A stretch of 63,841 nucleotides of DNA, counting the filler, from Cystobasidiomycetes sp. EMM_F5 (Eukaryota): the NCBI GenBank assembly GCA_051047955.1. It is 3 parts of 3 records of this genome, joined end to end, with 100 filler letters (N's around TTAATTAATTAA, not from the genome) between each part and the next. Parts side by side here need not be neighbours in the genome. Positions count along the whole stretch, not along the records: positions 1 to 29,545 come from JBPGPT010000068.1; 2 more parts are not named here. One strand, 5' to 3'. Shown piece after piece: positions 1 through 14,300 of the stretch. The notes beneath the pieces are model-generated. The model searched no databases. It was given only the letters and a program-made list of their open reading frames with translations, and had not been told where the DNA came from. The position numbers and the translations under genes are program-made. Numbering within the stretch: position 1 is the first letter of the stretch; each line of letters opens with the position of its first letter.

Positions 1-466
1 TGACCCTCGACGACAGTTTTCACTTGTGTAACCATCGTTCCTCGGTTAAATACGACATATCTCTGGGCGGAGTCTCTTGCTTGACGACTGTCTTGGCGTG
101 CTGTTTGGCTGTTCTGCGTCCGTTCTTCGTTGACATGCTGGGCAGGAATGCGGAGACGACAAGTGAGGCTGGACGGCGAGCTCTGGAGAGGGGACGAGCC
201 GCTGTACCGCTGTGGATGGGAGCAGCGATAGTTCAGAGCGTAGACGAGCTGCGAGATTCGGCAGACTCCGTATCGTACTCTACGGTTTTACAGATGTTGG
301 GTGATTTTGTCCAACGAAAAGCGAGCGAGAACTTCAGTCAACAGCGCTGAGTACGCGGACGGACTGAGTGAGCGGTCAGGATGATGTTCCCAGCGCAGGC
401 ACTCTCAGCGAGTAGTCCCGGCCTGCCTTGTACTGCCTCAGCACTTGTAACTCTAGACAATCGTTG

Positions 467-3400
467 ATGCCAGACGACGGGCTGCCAGACCCGTTCGAGG
501 ACGACGAGCAGCACAGCGGCCGTCAGCTTGGACACGGTCAGCTTCGCAGTGCGGAAATCTCGTCAGCGTCAGCAGTTTCCTCGCCGTCAGTCGCCGTAAA
601 GGACCCATTCGAGCACGACTTGGACGATGAAGATGCCAGGATATCCGCGTCAAGACAGCAGCAGCAGGGACAACGCCGTCACAATGCTATCCTCGAAACT
701 GACGCGTTGCTGCAGAGAGCTGACCGAGTTGGCGGAACCAGGCAAAGCAATGCCGTCGTCGGAGCGGATCCCGCAAACGATGACCACGGCGGCCACACTG
801 ACAGCAGGCTACCGCCCGACTCCATGTACGTGGGTTTCCGGAAGACTCTGTCGAGTCGTTTCCGAGTTTCCGCTCAATCTGACGTTGCTTCGTTTGCCAT
901 ATCCAAGCATGTTCCAACGCAGCCCCTCACCCGCTTCCCCGTATCATTCCACGGCCCAAGTCTACAGCAACCAAGACCTTTGGCCTTCAGAAAAGGCATA
1001 TCCCTTTCCCGGCTCCTTCTCCGCTCTCGAATCTCCTCTAGGGCACGGGCAGGCGGACGCAGACTCATCTGTGAACGGCGACGATGCTGCATACACTGGG
1101 TCTCCTACGTATCATGCTAGTGAACTGCCTGTTGCATCGACAAGCAGAGTTGTCACCCACTCCCAGCCCCTGCAATCACAACCCTGGTGGGTGCGCGAAA
1201 GTAGACGCAATGCCAGTCCGGCCGCCCTCAAGGCCAGTATACCCCGGTACTCTACTGCGAGCTCCTCTGTCAATATAGCGTCGGCAAGTAACGACGCAGA
1301 TGTTGACAGGCAACGCCCTCAGCGGGAAGGTGCGGCCGACGCATTCGCTTCCAATTACCACACCGCCGTCGACGTTGCTACCGATGTCTTTCAGGCGGCC
1401 AGTGATAGACTAGGCATGCGAAGGGCACCCATTCGGTTGAAAACCACTCTGTCGGCTCGAGAGAAGGCACTATGGACGTGGACTAACGTAGTGAATGTCG
1501 ATACATTCCTACAAGAGGTGAGAATGTCAAAGCGATGTCCATTGATGATTCAAGTCTTACTCTATCGACCACCGAAATATAACCCTGTCAATAGGTATAC
1601 ACCTACTATGCTCGCAAAGGTTTCTGGTCGATCGCTGTGTCTAGCGTGGTAGACCTGCTGTGAGGACGAACAGACAATGTCCGAGCAAAGAGCACAAGTC
1701 TGACACAGCTACCACGTCAGTACGGTCGGGTTCGTGATAGTCTTTTCGTCCTTTCTTCTCGGATGCATCGACTACTCTGTCATCCGCTCCAGCCATAAAC
1801 TCTCCGAGGTCACAGTACCGAAGTGCATGTCGCGGTGAGCAGTGTAGATCCCACGAGCACAGATAGAGCCTAACGCAGATGTTTTGTTCAGACTGCACGG
1901 CTCCAGCCTAATCCTCGTGTTAGCGTTTGCAAGCTTTTATTCAGAACGGCTCATCCGCTTCGGAAGCCGATTCAAACGACTATGGGAGATGAGACAGTTT
2001 TACACAGAATTGCTCGAGATTCCCGAAGTGAGTGTCAAAGGGCAGTGGATGGCTAGTGCTCGCAGTCTCGTGATGATGACGCTGATGATCTGAGTTGACA
2101 GGCAGACATTCAGACTGTGTCGTGGCCAGCTATCGTCGAGAAACTGGCCCAACTTCGTGAAGATCATCCTTCAAATTTGCCGAACTCCCTCTACTTAGAT
2201 GCGGCAGGCGAAGAGCACGCTGATATTGGGAGGCTGGACGTTCACGATGTCGCCAATCGAATAATGCGGAAAGAGAATTATCTGATTGCACTCTTCAACA
2301 AAAGCATATTGAATTTGGCTATACCTGCTCCGCAAGGCATAGTTGATTCCAGGATGGCAGCGGCCCTGGCAGCCCTCCTTGGCACTACTTTGACATCTGT
2401 AACGGATGCATCGTCCACAACAGCGCAACTACCAAATCTCACACGCACTCTGGAATGGAACCTCAATCAATGCCTGATGGGCCTGGTCTTTGCAGACGAT
2501 GGGCAAATCAGACCGGACCTGCTGCAAGAGCGCAACAAGTCCGAACTTTGTCTGAAGTATGGCACGGTATTGGGTTAACGTCAACAGAAAAGCTGATATC
2601 TACTTTGCCATTGCCCTTGACAAGATTGCAGCACAGGTTCGTCATGATGGGCTGTCTCAACGCACTACTGGCTCCATTTATCGTGATATATCTCCTCTTC
2701 TATTCATTCTTTCGGTATTTTGAGGTGAGTAGGCCACAAGGTCGGACATCAATCACGCGCCTGAGTTTTGACGCGCTGAGGAATCGACTCGATAGGAATA
2801 CCATAAGAATCCCTCTTCCATCGGTGGTCGCTCGTACACGCAGCTCGCGAGATGGAAATTTCGCGAGTTTAACGAGTTGCCACATACCTTTCAGAACAGA
2901 ATCAACCGGAGCTACCCCCTGGCTGAAGCATATGTCAGCCAATTTCCGAACGACTTTAACACACAGATAGCGAGGTGAGTCTGGATAATATGGCAAAGCT
3001 GTCATTCGACGACGACTGATCAGGGTGTGAATAGATTTGTGGCCTTCATCGCTGGAGCTTTCGCCTCTGTCCTCGTTCTCTTTTCTTTGATCGATCCCGA
3101 CGCTTTCCTGCACTTTGAAATCACACAAGATCGCACGGTACTTTTCTACATTACTGTATTTGGGTCTATTGTGGCTGTTGCTCGTGGCATGGTGCCCGAC
3201 ACGCACAGGGTCGTTGACCCAGCGCAGCTGATGAAAGCAGTCATCGAAGAGACACATTATCTTCCGGCGGAATGGCGAAACCAGCTGCACAGTGCTCGAG
3301 TCCATCGCGAATTTGGGCAATTGTTTACGTTACGTCCAGTCCAGTTCCTCAGAGAGATAGCAAGCGTCATCACGACCCCGCTTGTCTTGTGGATCACGCT

Positions 3401-4260
3401 GCCGCGCTGTGCGCCGGCCATTGTGGATTTCTTCCGAGATTTTACGGTCCATGTGGATGGGTTGGGGTACGTGTGCTCTTTTGCAGTGTTTGACTTTCAT
3501 CGTCACGGCGATGTTCGCGTGAGTGTAGTTCCTTCTTCCTGAAATGCCGACAAAGAATCTCGCAAATGCTGAAGCCGTTTGATTCTCCAGTTCGGCGCAC
3601 CGGTACAAGGGCCGGAGGAGCTCATCTCGGACCAAGGCAAGCTGGAAAAGTCGGTGTTGAACTTCAAGGCCGTCAATCCGCACTGGCAGCCTGCAGATCA
3701 GGCTACGTCCTTGTACCTTTCGCGAATGTCGGAGGCGGCGGCTGGAGGACTGGCTGACAGCGTCAACGACGGAGAAGGCCTGCCCGACTCGCTAGTTCCG
3801 AGTACGATTGGAAGAGGAAGGAGGTATCGTGACCCATTGGCATCGCACGACAAGGCTGCATTCACGCAGCTGGATGAGCCATCTGAAAGTCGACGCGGTT
3901 CTTTGACGAGTAGCGGTAGTACGCCGGCGGGTGGAGTATCTCTTGGACCCCAGCAAAAGTCGCAGCATCATCAGTACCATCCGCATCCCACATCGCCTAC
4001 GAGCAGGCACCCAACGGGGAATCGACGGAGCCATGCCAGACCGCTGGGAGGCATGCGTGGTCTCCAGTCGCGGACGATTGCGGAGATTGCGGAGGAGGAT
4101 GAGGCTTCAGTGGGTGATCAGGCTGAAGCTCCGCTGTTTCGTGAGCGTGTCTAGGTCAGTAAGGGCGTTGCGGGGCAGCAGGTCGTTTGCAGCCGGACGA
4201 GCATTCAATAATCAGTACGGGAACCGAGTCGGAATCAATTATGCGGCGAGTAGGAGTCTA
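467..4260 (+). CDS. ATG9: Autophagy protein Atg9 (multi-exon; 3' end approximate)
   Basis: Exon peptides [97 protein letters not shown] and [10 protein letters not shown] are Atg9 hallmarks; GT..AG introns lie between ORF fragments. Confidence 0.95.
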
Positions 4261-4591
4261 GGACTGTTGTTGTAAGCGTGTGCAATCTGACAACTCTCAA
4301 ACTCGTACAAACGTGTCGTTTATTGCGACTTGTCAACGAGACGACCTCTGACGCTGCCAACCAAAATGTATGTCACATCTGATGATTAGAATCTGCATAC
4401 TCGTCCTCAATTACTCGACAACAAGGACGAGCTCAACGCTGGCCATTGCCTAGTCGCCGTCTGCAAAACAAGACGCGCCCGAGCTGGATGACGGGCTATG
4501 GGCAGCAGCAAAGGCGGCCAACGACGACGACGACGACGACGAGAACGACGAGCAGCTCGCTGAGCCCGCAGAGCTGACCGCGGCGCCCACT

Positions 4592-7500
4592 ATGGACCCG
4601 CTTGCCAGCTCGAGCAATATTAACAGCAATAATAACAGCAATAATATCCTCCGCAGCGCCGGGCAACTGGACAACGACACTGAGCCTGCCATGGTGCCCA
4701 CGTCGTCCTCGTCGTCGACAGAGTACATGTCGCTCAGAACCCGGCCAGCTTCGTTTGCGCCGTCGAGCAGGTGGTACCAGCAGTCGAGCGATATCCAGCA
4801 GCCGTACGAGTACGGGGGACTGCTGCTCGACGGCGACAGGAATGCGGGACACGCTCGTCTCGGTTCGCGCCAGGCTGCGTCGCCAGTTGTAGGCGCAGCA
4901 AACGACAGTCCAAAGCCAAACATTGGGCAGTCTGACCATTTATCGCGCCCGGCTCTGGATGTTGCGCTCAACACGACCACTCGTAACTATACTGCACCCT
5001 CAGCATCGCCAAAGAACCGCCAAACAGAGTCGCAGTCGCAGCCGCAGTCGCAGTTTGGCGGCGTCAACGTAGCAACACCAGGTCCTCCTCCGCACAGCAC
5101 GCGAGACGCGTTTGCATCCACGTCAAGTGCAATCAAAGGGAGGAGGGCGAGGTCGGCTGAGCGAGAACGCCCATCCAGCGCATCGTCATCCAACTATACA
5201 TTTCGCCGGAATGGACACACACCCTTCCCTCCCGCCGATGGCGCAGACAGGAGCGGACAGTCGTCACCAATTGCACAAACGTATGCTCAGGCCGATGCCT
5301 CGCGCGGCAGAGATGCTGCCACTTCGGCACTCAATCGAACATATGCCCGCACAGGCCAAACGAACGAATCCAATACATCTCCAGCCGATGGGTCATCCGG
5401 ACGTACTCTTGCAGACGATCGCTCTACGCACGCAATACCGACTATCCGGACGGAAGGTGTCCTCTCTCCGACCAAAAAGCCCCGATCCAATCAGCCTGGC
5501 CAGCTATCGTCACGAAGCAAGCAATCGCAACGGTGCGCGAAATGCTGTCAGCCCATGACGGGACAATTTGTACGCGCCCTCGGCACCGTCTTTCATCTAG
5601 ACTGCTTTCGCTGTCAGGTAAGCAAAGCGTCCTGCAAAGTTGTCCTGTCTGCTGGCTAAGCTTGGCCTGATGGATGCACAGGATTGCAACAAGGTTGTCG
5701 CTGCCAAGTTCTTTCCCATAGAAGGAGCCGAAGGCCGTCAATATCCCTTGTGCGAGACTGACTATTTCCGCCGCCTCAGCCTGATCTGTGCCAAGTGTGG
5801 AGCAGCTTTGAGAGGTTCCTACATTACCGCTCTGGGTATGTCAAATTTTGAACTATGGTGCGTATAGTCTTGGCCTAACTCACGTTGCCATTTCAGACAT
5901 GAAGTTTCACATCGAACACTTTACATGTTCTGTGTGTCCGACTGTCTTTGGTCCTCAGGATTCGTACTATGAGCATAGTGGACAAGTCTATTGTCACTTT
6001 CACTATTCTACCCGCTTTGCAGTCAAGTGTACCGGGTGTAAAACTGCCATTTTGAAACAGTTTGTCGAGATCAACAGGAATAATGTGGACGAACATTGGC
6101 ATCCGGAATGCTACATGATACACAAGGTATCTATGCGAGACACATCGGCTGCGAGGCGCAGGGCTCATTGTATTTTCTTCCTAGTTCTGGAACATCAAGC
6201 TCGTCCCATCGAAAAAGACCCTCGCCAGTGTCCCGCCAGATAATACCGAGGCAGAATTCGCTGGCATAACCGGCAGCTCATCAGCAACCGAAGAGACACC
6301 TGTCCTTTCGCCGGCCGCTAGCACGCCATTGACGCCCGACTTTGCATCTCAAGAGCAGTCTGAGACCGCGCAGACGCTCAAAGATAAGCAAAAACACGTA
6401 GAAGGACAGGTATACCGGATATGGACCGTCTTGAGCACCTTTGAGGAAAGCAGTGCAGCATGCATATCAGAGATGTTACGGCACGTCAGCAACAGCCATT
6501 ATTTGGACGGAGTGAGACTGGCAGACAAATTTATCCTGCACGTGGAGACTTTGTTTTCGTCAATGGATGATCTGAATGTGACTTTTCGTCATCTGGGTGG
6601 AAAAGGTGGGTGCGTATTTCGCGCAATATATCGATTGCTGAGCGTATGACACGCGGGCAGAAATTGTGCACGTGAGGGAAGCGCGCATGCTATGCAAGAA
6701 GATTGTCAATTTCTTCTCGTTGCTTTCTCATACTCACGAGTCTGGGGTGCGAAAAATGGGCATTACTCAGGATCTCCTTTCGCTGGTCACCGGTCTGGCA
6801 CACTACCTCAAAATCCTCATCCGCATTGCCCTGACAGCCGCACTGCGACTGGAGCGAGAGCACGCAAGTCAAGCGGCACTCACACAATTTCTCAACCGCT
6901 TAGACAGATTATGCAAAGATTTGGATTCTCTAAAGTCGCCTCTATCAGCAACAACGGGAACCTCACCCGTCGGCCCCCATACCGATGAAAAGCAGTATGG
7001 CTATCGCAGTCTTGCGAGGCGTAGCGGGACATTCTTAGGTCAAGGGGAGTCGCTTAGCGATCTCTGCGAACGTTGCCGTTTGACAGTCGAAGAGGAGTGC
7101 ATTCGACTGAGCCCTAATCGACGATGGCATCTGGCTTGCTTATGCTGCAGCGTTTGCCAAAGACCTGCTGTGAAGGATGAAGCGTTGGGCGCTGACCCCT
7201 CCGTCGTTCCGTTGCGCGAACTGAGATTCAGTAACGGCCCCGACCCATCGTCCGATCAAGCTTCTACAGGCCGGCAAGAATACGTAGTGTGTGAAAGCTG
7301 CACTGTTGAAGCCGGACTGCAAGATGGCTTCCTGCTTGTGACGCGACTCGAACAATACGCTTTCCTGCTTTGTGTAGCTCTCAACAAGCTATACAGACTT
7401 CTTAAGCAGCGTGGGGTCGTTCCTGCTTCGCCAAGTACGTCCCAGTGTGCCCTTTGAAAGCTTGCATCGCTGATTTGCACTCCTGTTAATGCCTCAGCCG

Positions 7501-9528
7501 CCTTGTCGAATGCTCTGAGCAGCGAGGAAGGGGAACGGTCACTTCACGAAGCGTATCGCAACTCTATGGATATCAAGCGAATGAAGACCGTGAATCTCGA
7601 CCGGAAATTGACAGCGACAGCTAAAGTCGCACAGCGTCTCACTATCGTTGATGGCCCAAGTAGTAAAACGGCAGCCACTATGAGCTCAGAGCTCGGCAAG
7701 CCTGAACCTTCGATCCGGCCCGTCTACCAGCAACCTTCTCCGGTCGCTAGTATGCCCGTGCAAGGGCAACCCGATACCCAGCAGTGGCAGACAGGACACG
7801 AAAGCAACAGCGACTACCTTTCTCGGCCGCCTTCACGTCCATCTGCAACGCGCAGCACAACCGCTGTACGGATAATAGCAGATCATGGGTTATCCGATTC
7901 GCGCAATCAACCAGGAAGTGGCGCTTTTGGCTCAAATACGTCGCTGGCGAACGACGAAGTTGGCATCACGCTGGCAGATCTGCAACATGTTATACAAGCT
8001 GAACAAGCTCGTGCCGAACACCGTTCACTCCCTAGCGCGGGCTCGACTCAGCTTTTGTCCGAACTTTCTGCACTGGAGTATCTGATCGTCAAGCATGCTG
8101 CTGCGATTACTCTAGCGAGCGATCTTTCTCCATTCCGTGAATACGCCGATATGGACGATCTCCTCGACATTATCGACGCAAAAAAGAACAATTTTTGGGG
8201 CAAGCTATTCAAAGGAGGCGGTAAGGACAAAAAGGATATCAAGAAGAAGAGTAAGTCAGAGTATGCCCAGTCTTCACGCCTTCAAATACTCATGAATCGG
8301 TCGCAGCTGGCGTATTTGGCGTGCCTCTTGAAATACTAGTTGAGCGTCACGGAGCAGATTCCATGCTCGGCGCAGGTCCTGGATCTCTGCGCATCCCCGT
8401 TTTCATTGACGACGCTATCACCGCTATGCGTCAAATGGGTAAGCGTTGGGTAATTCTTACCTTTACTCCTTTCACGGAGGCTGACGGCTTGACTTCCTTA
8501 CAGACATGTCCGTTGAAGGCGTATTCCGCAAGAATGGCAACATCAAGCGACTGAGAGAACTTGCGGATGCGATCGATCGAGACCCGGATTCCGTTAATCT
8601 ACAAGATGACAATCCTGTGCAAGTTGCAGCACTGTTGAAAAAGTTCTTGCGAGACCTCCCGGATCCGTTGCTGACATTCAGGCTACAACACTTGTGGTTG
8701 GCGACGCAAAGTAAGTGACATCTCTAGTCAAGGTCCAAATGAATAGCTGATGGCTGCGCCAAAGAAATCGATGATGAAGCAGACCGCCAAAAGGTCATGC
8801 ACCTCGTTTGTTGCCTGATGCCGAAATGTCACCGCGATACTATGGAGGTACTGTTTGTTTTCCTGAGATGGGTGGCATCTTTCGCCCATGTCGATGAGGA
8901 AACGGGCAGCAAGATGGATCTGCAAAACTTGGCCACGGTCATTTGCCCCAACGTATTGTACGCTAAAGGCAAGGACGCGACCAAGGACGAAAGTTTCCTC
9001 GGCATCCGAGCCATCGTCGAGTTGATGGCATGGCAGGATCTGATGTTTACGGTACGCGGCGGCGAATGTCGTGTGCCCCTTCCTGACTGACGTCCAGCGT
9101 TCTAGGTGCCTACGGAGCTTCTTGCTATTCTTGGCGACCAGGAGTTGTTGTCCAACCCGGCCGAGCTGTCGTCAAAGGACATCATACGGAAAGCCGAGCT
9201 ATATCTTCGCGAGCGAAACCAGTATCGGTACCCACCTCACATGGGTGAAGCAGCTCATGGCAATGGTTACCGCGGCGAGGTCAAGCAGGTGAATTGAAGC
9301 AAACCGTTTCGATGAGGTTTTGCATTCTGACTTTGTATTAAATAGACTCATCCCCACTACCATGCGGGGTTTGCGCAACCCCCAACCCAATACTTTCCGA
9401 CAATGCAGCCGGGTTCGCAGGCTCCACCGCTTTTAACAGGCTCCCTCATGCCGGTCAACTCGCCCGCCCTGCCGAGTCCGCATCAGCGCAGCCCGCTGTG
9501 GGCGCCAGGGCCGAGCAACCAACAGTGA
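4592..9528 (+). CDS. LRG1: LIM-domain RhoGAP (Lrg1/Rga1 family), multi-exon; the true start may lie slightly upstream
   Basis: LIM domains (CAKCCQPMTGQFVRALGTVFHLDCFRC; CAKCGAALRGSYITAL; FHIEHFTCSVC) and a RhoGAP domain (VEGVFRKNGNIKRL, LLKKFLRDLPDPLLT, SKMDLQNLATVICPN). Confidence 0.93.
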
Positions 9529-9880
9529 GGCGTGCCGCCCATCCTTGATACTTGCGGCACTCCGTACGCGGCATGCTAGGATTGATCATTGTTCATCACC
9601 ACTACTCTACACGGACACTCCACATTCATCACTCGCATTCCTCGTCGTTTCACCCAGGCAGTCTCTGCATTCTGTTGGCCGTACACGAAGTCATTTTCAG
9701 TCCATCCATCTTGTTGTTTCAAGGCATCTCCGCGCAGCTTGTATTGTAGTGTTATTCGAGGTCACCGCGACCTACGCGCCGTCAAACGCACAGTCTGGGA
9801 AATGCGAGTCCTGCGTCGCGCTGCCTGTTGTTGGGTTTGTCCTCGTTGCTGCCGCCATGTTTAGGTCTACCAGCGCTGCC

Positions 9881-10854
9881 ATGGATCCCAACGATATCGA
9901 CAACGACGAGCTGTTTGCAACGCAGGCTGAGACGCAGCGGGAGCGCGATATTGAAAAGTGAGTCGGTCTTGAACAGCGGGAAAGGTCCAAAGGTCTGGCG
10001 GCTCACGTCTTGGTCTGCTCTGCAATTGTCGATATCGTTCAGGTATTCCGAGGCCGTCTTCTATTCAACGCGGTGCGGGCTGCCACTCAAGCCCAGCTCG
10101 GATGGGTCACTTTGGCTGATGTTTTCATCTTCTCCGGGGACCACAGCTACACGGACGACGTGTACGAGTACAGACACGTTATCCTGCCAAAGCGTGAGGG
10201 CGCTGAGCTGTTTGCAGAGTCTCCGCTGACCTTGTCGCTGATGGCTGCATTCAGCGCTGTCCGTTCCGTGACGCCGCGACTCATACCACACTGACCACAG
10301 CTGACGTGTCTGCGTATCGTCTGTCTGATTCATCGTATCGCGTTGAATGAAACGCAGAGCGCAGTATCTTCCGAAAAGCGGCCTAGGTCTGGCTGCGGAG
10401 AATGAATGGCGGGATTTGGTGCGTGGAAATGCTTTCTTGCCTAGACATGTCGAAGTAAACAAAAGCTGACTGCCGCTCATCCGCGCATTGCAGGGCATCA
10501 GGCAAAGGTACGTCACAAAGCAGGCGCGTCTCAGGAACTGATATAGTATTCAAAACATGACACTGCTCTTGTACACTGTAGCCCTGGGTGGGGTAAATGC
10601 CGCTGTTCACCTACGCGGCGGAGGTTGTGCATGCTGAGACCATCTAACCCTCAGAACACTACGCCGTGCACAAACCAGAGCCCCACATAAGTAAGTAAAT
10701 TTCGGCGTTTTCGACATCTGGCGACCTGGCGCATGAGCTGACAGAAGCATTCCTGCATTCAGTGCTCTTTCGACGTCCAAAGGAGCTAGGCTTGAAGTAT
10801 CCGTCGCAGCACGAGCAGCCGGTTCAAACGCAGGACCAGGAGCGGCAAAAGTAG
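9881..10854 (+). CDS. CKS1: Cyclin-dependent kinase regulatory subunit, split into many very short exons
   Basis: Pieces YSE, YTDDVYEYRHVILPK, ENEWRDL, GIRQ, PGW, HYAVHKPEPH and LFRRPK reconstruct the Cks1/Suc1 consensus; stop TAG at 10852-10854. Confidence 0.9.
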
Positions 10855-11393
10855 TTCGTTCAGGTTGGTGCTGCATCGCATTTGGGCATCACACGCTTAC
10901 ACTACATACCAACAGCACGGTACTGCTACAAATACTCGTGTCATTCAAGTGGTGCTTTGCTTAGCTGCTCGCAGCAACTTTTCTGGGCAGACGATAAAAC
11001 ACGATATCTACCGGTACATGACATCTGCTACTTTGGCATTCGCAGCTTCTTTACCATACTTTCATCACCATTTGCTGTGGTTGCAGGGCAGCACGCATGC
11101 CTCATCTCGTTGTGACAGGCGATAATTTTGAGTCTCCGCAGTTGCCCTTTCGATAGCAATCATTCACCCGACGAGGCCAGTTGTGCGATGAATAAGAGCG
11201 CCATTGCCGTCTCCAGCACAGCGTTGCACTTCTTGTTACTGTCCAGCCTTGCCCGGGAATGCAGACCTTGCCAGACTTGGTTGCAATGTTTCAGCACCAG
11301 ACTGACTGGCAGATGGGCTGACGGCGACGGCGACGGCGACGAGCTGAGACTGATTTGAGGCATTCGAGTCGGCGCTGAAGCAAAGGCATCATC

Positions 11394-14300
11394 ATGGACG
11401 TCGACGCCCAGACTGGTCATGTTGGAGCAGCGTCAAAAGACGAAGAGCTCGAGCTGGCCTCGCTGGCTCGTTTGGAGGCAGTCGCAAACTCGCCCTACAA
11501 TGCTGAGCTCCACCTCGATAATATAGCCCACAGCACGTCCGCCCAGGCCAAGGAAGAAGCCCGCCAGTTTATGGCGTCCGTCCTGCTTTTGCCCGAAGAA
11601 ATATGGATGTCCTGGATTGACGACCGAAAGCAGTCTGTCACTTCTGCGGCGGACGTCGACGGCGCACTGGCAGTCATCGAGCTGTACCAGAGGTCAATGG
11701 CCGACATGCTGTGTAAGTCCGCAGCGAGCAAAGTGGATATTACGACTGCTAATATACGCGCCGATGTAACAATATCCAAAAGCCATAAAGCTGCGCTGCG
11801 ATTACGCAAACTACATCGTCGGCTTGTATTACGGAGCACGAGGTCTACCGCACTCTATCTCAGGCAACGAAGCCGTGGGTACGCAGCAGTCGACAACCTC
11901 GGACGAACAGGCACAAAACGCGTTTGATATCGACTTTGTCCGAGAGCAACTAGCCCTTGCAGTTGATCCTCTGGTTCGAACACATCTCGTTCAAGTCAGT
12001 CATCGGACGTGTTTCAGTGCGCGCGAGAAGCTGCAACCGAATGTTTCGCTGACTCGTGCACCAGGGCCAGCTTGCGTGGAAAATACTGCACGATTTCGAG
12101 GCAGATTGCCTTGCTCGAGGCGGATCGTCCAATGACCAACTTAAGCAGATGCAACAATGCTACTTGCAGCGTCTGGCCGAGCCACACACATCGCTTGCCG
12201 ACACGCACCAGCTGTATAGCACTTTCATTTCAACCCACTTGAGCGATGCATACGAGAGTACAATGGTCGCTGCACAGAAGGTTTATAATGCTTCACAATC
12301 AATTGTCAATCAGCGCGACTCCTACGAGTCTCAGCTCGAGAAATCCGCAAATGCGGTTGACGCCTTCGAAACGTATATTCAATGGGAGCTGGCGGTGAAG
12401 CGACCAGATTTCGCTTTGGTTCGATCTCTATACGAACGTGCGTTGTACATTCATCCCACGTCGCTGTCGATTTGGGAGGGCTATCTCGACTTCATGGTAT
12501 GTGACCCGCTCGCTGTACGAGCGATAGCTCCAGCATGCTAAGGGTCAGCACAGCTTCGGGCTTTTCGAAAAGCTTCATCATTCCTCAATATTGACTCTCT
12601 TACCGGCGATGATATTACCAATCTGTGTTCGCGCGCCGTGAGGGCAATGCCTTCATCCGGCAGCTGTGCAGCTTCGTGCATTCGAGCTTTGGTGGGCGGT
12701 CCTAGTCTCACTACCGCTCGCCACGTCACCACCATTAACTCACCACATACAGGAGTCTATGGGCGACGGAGAGGCTGCAATGGCTTTCAGCCAGGGTAAG
12801 CCAGACGTAGCGATTACCAAATGCAACGGTCCACAGACTTAACCAGATTCTAGCCCAATTCGGACGCTTCGTCGATACAAGCATCACTACTGATTACGAA
12901 GAGGTCGTGCAAGTCGCAACAGCCTATGCAGACATGCTTCGCCATCCTCTAGTCGACGAGACGTACCTATGTGAGCTGACTTCGGCGATGATTGGAAGTA
13001 CAACATCGCAACTTATCCTGCCATACATCACAAGATGCGCCAACGGAAGAGATCGTAAATGCATTGCAAAGCGCCATCGACAGGGTGAATGCTATCTCAC
13101 CAGAGACAGGCGATCCTCAACTTCGCCTTGAGAAGTATCTACTGAGGATGGTCAGTGTGTCCAGTAGACATTTTGTGCCGAAGGTCCGCTAAGCGAGCCT
13201 CCTTAGTATGAACGGTGCGATAGCTACGATGCCGTGAATGCCGCCTTGGCAGCAATGTCACAACGCCATCCCAAATCTGCCGCTGTCCTTATACTCCGAG
13301 CGGATTACTTCGTGTAGGCTGGCATTGATCTCGTTGAGGTGTATGACTGACTAAGGGTCGCTGTTGCCAAAGCAAACAAAATCTGATTGAGGAAGCTCGT
13401 AAGCTCTACAATTTGGCGGGCAAGAAGCGCTTTGATTACCCCGAATATCTATATGATGCGTGGCTCGCCTTCGAGCATAGAGAGGGCTCTTTGAACACGC
13501 TAGAAAAAGCCATGACAACTGTAAAGCACGAAATGACGTTTGTGCGAGCTCGGCGTCAAAAGGTGCGAATAGCGGTCCCATAGAGTAACAGCACTGAACG
13601 CTTGCTGGGTACAGGACATCGAGCGTGCGTGGTTACAAGCTCAAGAAAAAGTACCTACATCGTCAGCAGCAACTACAATCGCAACAGATTTAGGGGCAAC
13701 AGTGGGAGCAGAGGTAGCAGAAGAAGTCTCTGCAATAGATCGTAAGTGATGAGAGAACTGCTTGATAGTAGCTTACCAAGCATACTCTGTGCGAAGCTGG
13801 CACTGCATCAAAGAAGCGGAGAGCAAGCAGTAGGGACGTTGCTACAGAGGAGTCTGAAGCAGTAGAGAAGAAAGCCAAGCTAGGTACATACCGTTAAGAC
13901 GGTGTCCACTCTCATTCTGACTTCCCCTTTAGAGCATCGGGCGATTGCTGAAGGAACTAGCGACGTGAAGCGGTTGGTCAACTTGTATCGATCCGTCAGG
14001 TCAAGAACCATACGCTGACAATCTGTATGCAGAGATCGCGAGAATTCCACTGTATTCATCGGCGGTCTCGCTACTTCTGCGGACGAGGCTGCTATCAGGA
14101 GGATATTTCGAGATGTAAGTGTGGCATTATGCTGCTGTATAGCACATGGGTTATCTTGTTTGTCAGCGAGCTCACCGAGTTTGATGTGCAGTGCGGACCT
14201 ATACGCGAGCTAACGCTGAGATCATTTGGAGATACTGCAGCTGCGACTGTAGAATTCGTGGACAAGGTATGCCTTCTGCCCCAAAATTGCGTGGCACCTG

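Noticed and set aside
1..350. ORF 24-350 and a short minus-strand ORF from ATG 136
   Set aside because: No recognisable domain; possibly the 5' end of a gene outside the window, but unsupported.
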